From NCBI GenBank assembly GCA_963732365.1, contig CAVSZC010000005.1, forward strand, positions 543,431-607,430: 64,000 nucleotides of DNA, in the 5' to 3' direction. This document shows, piece after piece, positions 57,352 through 64,000 of this stretch. Every line of letters begins with the position of its first letter. Position 1 is the first letter of the stretch. This stretch comes from an uncultured Bacteroidales bacterium (lineage in GTDB: Bacteria > Bacteroidota > Bacteroidia > Bacteroidales > VadinHA17). Under the pieces are notes generated by a model. It did no database searches and had not been told where the DNA came from. It saw only the letters and a list, made by a program, of their open reading frames with translations. The translations under genes were made by a program, and so were the position numbers.

Positions 57352-57881
57352 TGAGAATAAAAACGGCATACTTCTTCTGCATACTTCTTCTTTTCTCAGG
57401 CTGCAAAGACGATGAGGTGCCATTGTCAGGCACAGTCACCATTGATAACGAGATCTACGGCACCAGCGTTTATTATGCATACGGTTTTACATTCAGCAAG
57501 GCAGCAAAGGTATCAAGCCTCGATACCCCGGGTCCTGATATTACTGTCCAGGCCGGGGTTGTGACAGGAGGGGTAGTGATAGAACCGTTCCTCTCGGCAA
57601 ATACTTTTAAACCGTCATTCGGACTGGTCGGGGAGTATGCATCGGCAAGTGAGGCACAGGCGGCTTTCAATGCACTGACAGATGCCGGCAACCCCGTGTG
57701 GATCGATCTTGCCGCGCCGTTGAAGAGTAACCAGGTATGGGTGGTGAGGACTGGTGAAGAAAAATACGCCAAGATCCGTACAATTGAGGTGGTGCTTGAT
57801 GATGTCGAATTACCACCCTTTGCTTCCTGCAAATTTCAATGGGTCTTTCAGCCTGACGGGTCAAAGACCTTTCCGCAGTAG
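57351..57881 (+). CDS. small lipoprotein of unknown function
   Basis: Its ATG overlaps the pgk stop (TAATG). Signal peptide with lipobox LLFSGC. I recognise no family. Confidence 0.6.
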   Translation: MRIKTAYFFCILLLFSGCKDDEVPLSGTVTIDNEIYGTSVYYAYGFTFSKAAKVSSLDTPGPDITVQAGVVTGGVVIEPFLSANTFKPSFGLVGEYASASEAQAAFNALTDAGNPVWIDLAAPLKSNQVWVVRTGEEKYAKIRTIEVVLDDVELPPFASCKFQWVFQPDGSKTFPQ

Positions 57882-57935
57882 CGATGAACCTGCCGCTGCC
57901 GCACGGGATCTTTTCAGTCACATCCGCTGCCGCAT

Positions 57936-58874
57936 TTGAGGCAAGAGCACTTGAGATATTTCGGTTTCAGGCAAGGGAGTGTGCCGGTCTATGGTGAATA
58001 CATCAGGTTACTTGGCCTTGACCCTGAGGCAACCAGGACTGTTTCTGAGATCCCTTTCATGCCTGTCACATTTTTCAGGGATCACCTTATCGTATCCGGA
58101 GAGGGTAAGCCTGAAAAGATTTTTGCAAGCAGCGGAACGACCGGCGTGAGGCAGAGCCGTCATGCGGTGATGAGACTTTCAATCTATCATGAGAGTCTTG
58201 AGCGTGCCTTCCGCATCTTCTACGGTGATCCTTCGTCATATGCCATCATGGGGCTCCTTCCTTCATATATTGAACGTGAGGACTCTTCGCTTATTTACAT
58301 GGTAAACAGGCTGATGGAGTTGTCTGGCAACTCATCCGGAGGATTCTTCCGCGGTGACCGTGATGCACTGCTGAAGTCGGTTGATGAGGCACGCAGGGCG
58401 GGAAAGAAGGTACTTCTTATAGGGGTCACCTTTGCCCTGCTTGACCTTGCAGAACAGCAGCCGGTCGACCTGAGCGACGCTATAATAATGGAGACCGGCG
58501 GGATGAAAGGAAGGAGACGGGAGATGATCAGGGAGGAGCTGCATCTGATACTTAAGGGGGCCTTTAACTCATCTTCGATACATTCGGAATATGGGATGAC
58601 CGAGCTGCTCAGCCAGGCATACTCGAAGGGTGAAGGATTGTTTACCGCACCGCCGTGGATGAGGGTGCTTATCCGCGACAGTCATGACCCGTCATCCCAC
58701 ACCACAGAGGAAGGTTCAACCGGGGGGATAAGCATCATTGACCTTGCAAACATTTACTCATGTTCCTTTCTCGCCACCTCTGACCTCGGGCGGATGCATG
58801 CCGGAGGAGCCTTTGAAGTTCTCGGAAGGTTCGACGATGCAGATATCCGGGGCTGTAACCTGCTTATTGGCTAG
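57936..58874 (+). CDS. LuxE/PaaK-like adenylate-forming enzyme (acyl-protein-synthetase family). The N-terminus is probably encoded in another frame from the ATG at 57884 (apparent frameshift).
   Basis: SSGTTG adenylation P-loop (IFASSGTTG) and METGGMKGRRRE motif. The long frame has only a TTG start. A 37-codon ORF from ATG 57884 reads into it in a different frame. Confidence 0.65.
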   Translation: MRQEHLRYFGFRQGSVPVYGEYIRLLGLDPEATRTVSEIPFMPVTFFRDHLIVSGEGKPEKIFASSGTTGVRQSRHAVMRLSIYHESLERAFRIFYGDPSSYAIMGLLPSYIEREDSSLIYMVNRLMELSGNSSGGFFRGDRDALLKSVDEARRAGKKVLLIGVTFALLDLAEQQPVDLSDAIIMETGGMKGRRREMIREELHLILKGAFNSSSIHSEYGMTELLSQAYSKGEGLFTAPPWMRVLIRDSHDPSSHTTEEGSTGGISIIDLANIYSCSFLATSDLGRMHAGGAFEVLGRFDDADIRGCNLLIG

Positions 58875-58908
58875 GGGCTCAAGGAAGAGTTATGTTAGAC
58901 CAGGATTT

Positions 58909-58929
58909 CTCCTCCTGAGCCAGGAGGAG
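58909..58929. terminator. perfect 9-bp hairpin between convergent genes (possible bidirectional terminator)
   Basis: CTCCTCCTG (58909-58917) pairs with CAGGAGGAG (58921-58929), with a 3-nt loop. There is no clear U tract. Confidence 0.45.
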
Positions 58930-58989
58930 TACCCCGACGCAGGAGGGGGGAGGTGGTCTGTTCTGAAGAAGACAAGGGGCGCAGTGCTC

Positions 58990-60195
58990 CTAGAAACCCA
59001 GCTTTTCCCTTATATCAACCGGAACGGCGTCCTTGTGCACAAGGATGTAAATGGTCTTGGCGCGGACAAAACTCTCAGACATGTTCAGGTAGCCGCCGAA
59101 CGGATTCCTTTCAGTGCCCCATGAGTTTTTGGTGATGTAATATTTAGTCCCGTTCTGATCCTTTACCATGCCGGTAAGATGCATCAGGTGATCATCGGTT
59201 GTGACGAAAGTCTCATAGCCCTTCTGCCGTATCTCCTGCGTAACATTTATCTCCGGATAGGGTTTCTCAAACTTGTAAACCTCGGCCATCCTTTCCTGTT
59301 CAGGCATCTTCTCAAAACGTGCGCGGTCGGTGGCAGAATAGCTGTCAATATTAACCACGTCCGGAACAATTGCGACTCCTTTGGCATGTGAGAATCCTTT
59401 TTCGCTGACATCGCCGTCCCATCCTACAGTGTAACCCTTTGCAAACGAGTTGTCTATGATAGTGATCAGCTCATCAAGAGGGACGTTATAGAACCGGTTC
59501 ATCTCCCAGTTGTCGGGTACCTCAAGGAGCCCCTGTGTATAGAAGGGGAAATGGGAGAAGGAGGTAATATTTACGTAGTTGTTCATGTCAAGGCCAAGAC
59601 TGGCAGCAAATGATTTTGCCGTATATGTCTGTCCCTTATATGTAAAATTCTCAGGGACGTCACCGAGGTAGATATCAAGGACGGCATCAACCACCTCATC
59701 AGATTCGGTGCTGACACTTTTTCTTTTCACCGGGACGGCAGTTACGGCATCGATATATGACTGCAGTTCGCCGTGATTATGAACGGTGGAGCTGTAGCTT
59801 ATCCCGTTATAGACCTCTTCGGGCATGATACCGCACTCGTTGAAGATCCTTACCCATGAGGGCGAAAGGCTTCCCGGCCCGAGGTTTCCCTTACCCTGGC
59901 GCAGGTAATTGTCCCTGACGCGGTTTTCATATGTTTTTCTGACAACGAACATCTCCGAAAGGTCATACTCCCCTTTTCCGAGGCGCAGGAGTTCAGACTC
60001 CATAAAGGATGTGGTGGCAAAGCACCAGCATGTGCCTGTTGCCGCCTGGTTTTTTACCGGCGAGGCAGGCAGAGAGAACACGGTTGTGAACTTATAGCCT
60101 TCAGGTGTTACAACAGCCTCTTTACCGGCTTTCTGCGCTGACAGATGCGTGACTGCAACAAGTAGCGCAATTACTGCAAATAATGACTTTTTCAT
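58990..60195 (-). CDS. secreted papain-fold cysteine peptidase (C1B, aminopeptidase C/bleomycin hydrolase-like)
   Basis: Signal peptide. Catalytic Cys motif NQAATGTCWCFATTSF. C-terminal His/Asn region (DHLMHLTG...KNSWG). Confidence 0.75.
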   Translation of the reverse strand: MKKSLFAVIALLVAVTHLSAQKAGKEAVVTPEGYKFTTVFSLPASPVKNQAATGTCWCFATTSFMESELLRLGKGEYDLSEMFVVRKTYENRVRDNYLRQGKGNLGPGSLSPSWVRIFNECGIMPEEVYNGISYSSTVHNHGELQSYIDAVTAVPVKRKSVSTESDEVVDAVLDIYLGDVPENFTYKGQTYTAKSFAASLGLDMNNYVNITSFSHFPFYTQGLLEVPDNWEMNRFYNVPLDELITIIDNSFAKGYTVGWDGDVSEKGFSHAKGVAIVPDVVNIDSYSATDRARFEKMPEQERMAEVYKFEKPYPEINVTQEIRQKGYETFVTTDDHLMHLTGMVKDQNGTKYYITKNSWGTERNPFGGYLNMSESFVRAKTIYILVHKDAVPVDIREKLGF

Positions 60196-60292
60196 AAGGG
60201 ACAGATTGACAATTAACTCTTTATATCATCCAAAAGTATTTAAATATTCTGACTGATAAAATGTTTTTAAGCAGCATCTCACCACTCCCGGG

Positions 60293-60655
60293 TCACATTG
60301 TCGGATAAAAGGCATTCTCGATATGGTCGATCTCGCAGTCGGACCCGCTGAATATTACAGTTATGATATCAAAGCGTGCTTCCTTCGCTAGGTTATACCT
60401 GTTAATATAATTAGAGGCTGCAAATATTATTGTTCGTTGTTTGGGGACATTGACAGCATCACGGGGGTGCACCTGGTAATCTGATGCTCTTGTCTTCACC
60501 TCTGCAAAGACAATGTATTCGCTGTTTTCGGCGATGATATCGATCTCTGTCCGTCCTGACCTCCAGTTTCTGTCGCGGATCGTATAGCCGTGCTGTCTCA
60601 GATATCCGGCAGCGAGCTCTTCACCCCTGGCCCCCATAGCAGCGGTGTCGCTCAT
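60293..60655 (-). CDS. yraN: YraN-family (UPF0102) endonuclease-fold protein
   Basis: The preferred start is MSDTAAMGARGEELAAGYL (ATG at 60655, 1 nt after the RR stop). EIDIIA...VFAEVKTR is the PD-(D/E)xK-type core. Confidence 0.8.
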   Translation of the reverse strand: MSDTAAMGARGEELAAGYLRQHGYTIRDRNWRSGRTEIDIIAENSEYIVFAEVKTRASDYQVHPRDAVNVPKQRTIIFAASNYINRYNLAKEARFDIITVIFSGSDCEIDHIENAFYPTM

Positions 60656-60656
60656 C

Positions 60657-61298
60657 TCAGATCTCAATGAGTCTGTTCTTGATAGCATAAAGGATTAAGC
60701 TGGCGGTATTCTTTGATCCGGTCTTGGCCAGCAGGTTTGCCCTGTGTTTGTCGACGGTGCGCTTGCTGATGAAGAGGGCGTCGGCGATCTCATGGTTTGA
60801 CAGTCCCTCGCATATCTTCAGAAGTATCTCCTTTTCCCGTTTCGACAGGCTTGAGCTCTTCACCTCCTGCTCCCTGTTCTTGATCCTTTTGATGACATGA
60901 TACAGGAGTTCCTGCGAGAAGAAGTTGCCCCCCTTATGAACGGCAACAATAGCATCATGGACCTCCGATATGTCAGAATCTTTCAGGATGAATCCTTTTG
61001 CTCCCGCATCCAGCATCCTGTAATAGTATTCCTCCTCGCCGTACATTGACAGGGCGATCACGCGTGTTTCGGGCGCCTGAACGGCGAGCCTGGCTGTTGC
61101 CTCAATGCCGTCCATCTCCGGCATGCTGATGTCCATCAGCACTATGTCAGGAATTGTGTTATCAAATATTCTCAGCAGTTCGCTGCCGTTTGATGCCTCT
61201 GCAACCACCTCGAACTCATGATAACTACCCAGAAGAATCTTCAATCCGTTCCTGAAGAGCTGATGATCATCAGCCAGAGCAATTCTGATCTTGTCCAT
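60657..61298 (-). CDS. NarL/FixJ-type response regulator (receiver plus LuxR HTH)
   Basis: IALADDH...VLMDISMPEMDG receiver. C-terminal LSKREKEIL...NHEIADALFISKRTVDKHR HTH. Confidence 0.9.
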   Translation of the reverse strand: MDKIRIALADDHQLFRNGLKILLGSYHEFEVVAEASNGSELLRIFDNTIPDIVLMDISMPEMDGIEATARLAVQAPETRVIALSMYGEEEYYYRMLDAGAKGFILKDSDISEVHDAIVAVHKGGNFFSQELLYHVIKRIKNREQEVKSSSLSKREKEILLKICEGLSNHEIADALFISKRTVDKHRANLLAKTGSKNTASLILYAIKNRLIEI

Positions 61299-61340
61299 TT
61301 TCCTGTAATACTTTATGCCCTGCGGGCAATTTATTTTCCA

Positions 61341-61438
61341 GTCTTCCGTCTTCCGTCTTCCGTCTCCGGTCTTCAGTCCTCAGTCAATCAACAAATTACA
61401 AATGCCGATTGCCGACTGGAGACTGCTGACTGCTTACT
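61341..61438. repeat. array of 14 in-phase heptanucleotide units forming an imperfect inverted repeat
   Basis: GTCTTCC x3, GTCTCCG, GTCTTCA, GTCCTCA, GTCAATC, AACAAAT, TACAAAT, GCCGATT, GCCGACT, GGAGACT, GCTGACT, GCTTACT. All fall in one 7-nt register. The last unit overlaps the kinase stop codon. Confidence 0.85.
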
Positions 61439-62381
61439 GATCCACCCTTATCAGTGCACTTGTCCCCTTGCCCTTCGAACTTTCAATGACGAATACACCG
61501 TCAACAGACCTTACACGCGTCTCGATGTTGGGCAGTCCCATTCCTACCGCCTCTTCGGAGGAGAGTTTTTCGGTATCAAAGCCCCTGCCGTTATCAAGAT
61601 ACTGCAAGGTAATTATTTTTTGGTGCCTGTTAAGGTCCATTTCAATCTTTGATGCACCGGAGTGCTTCATTCCGTTGTTTATCAGTTCGCAAGCCACTCT
61701 GTACAGCACAACCTCCTTGTCGGTGTCAAACCTTTCACCCTCCATGTTCGTCCTGAAATCCACCGTCACGCTCCTCGCGCTGTTCACTTTGGCGGCGAAG
61801 ATGCTTATGGCGCTTGCCACACCCAGGTTGGTGAGAACATGCGGACTCATATTGTTGGAGATCTCTTTTATGGTATTAAGGGCCTCATTTACAACGTGGC
61901 TGGTATTATTAAGTATTTCAACTCCGACAGGGTCCTTCACCTTTGGAGTGAGAGCCGACAGTGACATCTTGACGGTTGAAAGAAGAGGCCCCAGTCCGTC
62001 ATGGAGGTCCTTTGCAAACCTCTTCTTCTCTGTCTCCTCAGTATTGATTATTGCGTTGAGCAGCCTCCTCTCGGATCTGAGCCTGTCAGTCTCGGCCCTC
62101 TTGAGGGAATAAAAGAGCTCCCTGATAAGCACCACACCCGTGATTATCATGACAGATATGAGCACATTCATCCATTCATCCACCATCATAAGCTCGAATG
62201 AGGGTTTGCCGCGGAAATACTCAACGAGCTGTATGAAGGTGCGTATAGCCATAAGGACGAAGGATGTGGAAAGGAGTATCCATGAGAGCCTGTACCTTGT
62301 TATCTTCATAAACCTGAGCGCTATTGAGGCAGCGATTATCTGCAGCGCTATCGAGATGAACAGAGCGATGAGTCGGACCAT
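61434..62381 (-). CDS. HisKA_3-type sensor histidine kinase with a membrane-only input region
   Basis: Three N-terminal TM helices with very short loops. H-box FAKDLHDGLGPLLS. HATPase_c motifs (ELINNGMKHS, DNGRGF, GMGL). Confidence 0.85.
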   Translation of the reverse strand: MVRLIALFISIALQIIAASIALRFMKITRYRLSWILLSTSFVLMAIRTFIQLVEYFRGKPSFELMMVDEWMNVLISVMIITGVVLIRELFYSLKRAETDRLRSERRLLNAIINTEETEKKRFAKDLHDGLGPLLSTVKMSLSALTPKVKDPVGVEILNNTSHVVNEALNTIKEISNNMSPHVLTNLGVASAISIFAAKVNSARSVTVDFRTNMEGERFDTDKEVVLYRVACELINNGMKHSGASKIEMDLNRHQKIITLQYLDNGRGFDTEKLSSEEAVGMGLPNIETRVRSVDGVFVIESSKGKGTSALIRVDQ

Positions 62382-62403
62382 TGTATTAAAAATTTAATTC
62401 ATA

Positions 62404-62411
62404 CAAAAGTA
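62404..62411 (-). promoter_or_regulatory. Bacteroidota-type -7 box on the minus strand (TACTTTTG)
   Basis: CAAAAGTA on the + strand. It lies 22 nt upstream of the kinase start at 62381. Confidence 0.4.
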
Positions 62412-62420
62412 GGAGTTTAT

Positions 62421-62428
62421 TATATTTG
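62421..62428 (+). promoter_or_regulatory. Bacteroidota-type -7 box (TATATTTG)
   Basis: This is the only TAnnTTTG match on the + strand in the 257-nt divergent region. It lies about 210 nt upstream of the receptor ATG at 62639. Confidence 0.3.
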
Positions 62429-62638
62429 TGTTGAGTTATTGTAACCCGGATTGCTGATAACTCCTTAATAACGCGTTAAAAAGTTGTTAATAATTACGAA
62501 ATATCTATTTCTGCTAAGTCTGCCCGGAAGTGTAATTTAACCCTCTGCCCGAGAAGAACCTGGCAGCAAGACCAAATAATTTGATTTCAATCTATTACGA
62601 CAAACAACAACCATAAACTATCTAACTAAATTCAAATT

Positions 62639-64000
62639 ATGCGAACAATTAAGTTTACATTTATTCTGTTGTCGCTGTTATTAGGGTCTGTGACCTTAAT
62701 GGCGCAGGTGACGACATCGTCGCTGAGCGGCAAGATCACTGACGGCAATGGAGAACCGATGGCCGGCGCTACCGTTGTTGCAGTACATGTTCCGTCGGGA
62801 ACTCAGTATGCTGCCCTGTGTGACGCTGCAGGAAACTACAGGATCCAGAACATGCGTATCGGTGGTCCGTACAAGGTTGATGTCTCCTTTGTCGGGTATT
62901 CTTCAAGTACCTACACTGACATCTATCTCAAGCTTGGAGAGAACTATGTTCAGAACGGTCAGATCATTGAGACAACTACAGTCCTGAATGAGGTTGTCGT
63001 CACAGCAGGTCTCAAGAACTCAATTCTGAGTTCGGAGCGTTCCGGGACCATGACCAACGTCAGCGGACGCGATCTTGTCAACATGCCTACTGTCAGCAGG
63101 AGTATCCTTGACTTTACGAAGTACTCACCTCAGGCTCAGGGTAACTCCTTCGGAGGGAGGGACGGCCGTTTCAATACCATCACCATTGACGGTGCCGCCT
63201 TCAACAATAACTTCGGGCTGAGCAGCAACCCGCTCCCCGGTGGCGAGGCACAACCTATCGCACTCGATGCCATTGAGGAGATATCAGTCAATATTGCACC
63301 TTATGACGTGCGCATGTCACAGTTCACAGGGGCAAGCATCAACGCCGTCACCAGAAGCGGTGACAACTCATTCAAGGCCTCAGTATATACATACATTCGT
63401 CCCGAGTCATTCACAGGCAATACGGTTGACGGAAATGAGGTAACAGGTGCCAGGGAGAGAAGCTCACAGACATACGGTGGCAGAATTGGCGGTCCGATCA
63501 TCAAGGACAAACTGTTCTTCTTCCTCAGCGGAGAATACGGAACAGAATCAGTACCGGGTGTTTCATGGAGACCGAGCGAAGACGGGGTAGCCGTTCCTGA
63601 CCTCATGATCTCAAGAACATTAGAGTCAGACATGGTCCGCGTGAGAGATCATCTCCTTGCTACATATAATTATGATCCGGGCAAGTACAAGGATTTCGAT
63701 CCGTTCCAGAATGTCAACACCAAGATCCTCGCCCGTATTGACTGGAACATCAGCAAGAATCACAAGTTTACGTTAAGATACAATGATGTTGTCGGCACAT
63801 CTGATCAGCAGACCAACGGAAACAGCGGCCCGCCGAACAATGCCCGTAACTCAAACAGAATAAGCAGCCAGTCGATGGCATTCTCAAATGCATTCTACGG
63901 GTTCAAGAATACTGTCCGCTCTTTGACGGGTGAGCTTAACAGCAAATTTGGAAACAAGATATCGAACAAGTTTCTTGCCAGCTATACCTTTATACAGGAT
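62639..64000 (+). CDS. TonB-dependent receptor with an N-terminal carboxypeptidase-regulatory-like domain (Oar-like), 3' end outside the window
   Basis: This ORF is missing from the ORF track because it has no stop in the window. My manual translation from ATG 62639 gives MRTIKFTFILLSLLLGSVTLMAQVTTSSLSGKITDGNGEPMAGATVVAVHVPSGTQY...GNYRIQNMRIGGPYKVDVSFVGY, then plug-like ITIDGAAFNNNFG and ...GGPIIKDKLFFFLSGEYG. I hand-checked the frame for about 62639-63380 and 63359-63541, but did not verify it as open to base 64000. Confidence 0.85.
   Translation, partial: MRTIKFTFILLSLLLGSVTLMAQVTTSSLSGKITDGNGEPMAGATVVAVHVPSGTQYAALCDAAGNYRIQNMRIGGPYKVDVSFVGYSSSTYTDIYLKLGENYVQNGQIIETTTVLNEVVVTAGLKNSILSSERSGTMTNVSGRDLVNMPTVSRSILDFTKYSPQAQGNSFGGRDGRFNTITIDGAAFNNNFGLSSNPLPGGEAQPIALDAIEEISVNIAPYDVRMSQFTGASINAVTRSGDNSFKASVYTYIRPESFTGNTVDGNEVTGARERSSQTYGGRIGGPIIKDKLFFFLSGEYGTESVPGVSWRPSEDGVAVPDLMISRTLESDMVRVRDHLLATYNYDPGKYKDFDPFQNVNTKILARIDWNISKNHKFTLRYNDVVGTSDQQTNGNSGPPNNARNSNRISSQSMAFSNAFYGFKNTVRSLTGELNSKFGNKISNKFLASYTFIQD

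Noticed and set aside
58930-58989. Purine-rich stretch (GGAGGGGGGAGGTGG) downstream of the hairpin between the LuxE-like and peptidase genes.
   Set aside because: It is short and non-repetitive, with no partner sequence. It is most simply 3'-UTR sequence adjacent to the 9-bp hairpin already listed.
60293-60655. The PD-(D/E)xK nuclease-fold gene could be a restriction or defence nuclease.
   Set aside because: Its small size (120 aa) and the EIDIIA...EVKTR core fit the ubiquitous YraN/UPF0102 housekeeping family. There is no methyltransferase or other defence gene adjacent.
61341-61438. Possible CRISPR or minisatellite-encoded peptide.
   Set aside because: A 7-nt unit with no spacers is incompatible with CRISPR, and no cas genes are present. 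A period of 7 is not a multiple of 3, and I saw no ORF spanning the array.
62429-62638. Possible cobalamin or other riboswitch ahead of the TonB-dependent receptor.
   Set aside because: I could not find a B12-box-like core or any other riboswitch consensus that I recognise. It is kept only as a low-interest leader observation, pending an Rfam scan.
1-64000. Mobile elements, prophage, integrative elements, tRNA/rRNA genes and CRISPR arrays.
   Set aside because: No integrase, transposase, phage structural or cas-like ORFs were seen. The largest intergenic gaps (257 nt or less) show no tRNA-like cloverleaf features or flanking direct repeats. The gene content is core housekeeping throughout.

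Overview
This window looks like a core chromosomal segment of a Bacteroidota bacterium. It holds about 53 tightly packed protein-coding genes, many with 1-4 nt overlaps. I found no rRNA, tRNA, CRISPR array, transposase or integrase. The phylum call rests on the gld/por genes, the many lipoprotein signal peptides, and Bacteroidota-type TAnnTTTG -7 boxes in front of operons.

The main theme is type IX secretion (T9SS) and gliding:
- porP-gldK-gldL-gldM-gldN at 10.0-15.8 kb
- a SprE/PorW-like TPR lipoprotein, then porX, then tsaE, at 45.6-50.3 kb
- gldH at 52.6-53.0 kb

A Wbp-type nucleotide-sugar operon (wbpE-wbpD-wbpB-wbpA-galE-rfbB) lies at 31.8-37.8 kb. The remaining genes are housekeeping: trpS, topA, PBP1A, radA, panCD, glmS, metG, ald, mrp, trmB, holB, tpx, pgk. 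There are also two TonB-dependent receptors, an MlaEF-like ABC pair, a NarL-type two-component pair and several proteins of unknown function.

I do not see a convincing self-contained novel system such as a defence island, mobile element or biosynthetic cluster. The best leads are:
1. An in-phase heptanucleotide array that forms an imperfect inverted repeat between the histidine kinase and response regulator genes. A second, looser heptad-type repeat sits in another intergenic gap.
2. An arginase-fold protein that has lost half of its metal ligands, lying between topA and the T9SS core operon.
3. A probable +1 frameshift in a LuxE-like adenylate-forming enzyme gene.
4. A half-size GT5 'glycogen synthase' that lacks the KTGGL motif and is coupled to a DUF4270-like lipoprotein.
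5. A 15-nt glmS-DUF4954 gene pair.

All functional calls come from reading motifs in the translated ORFs. No database search was run.
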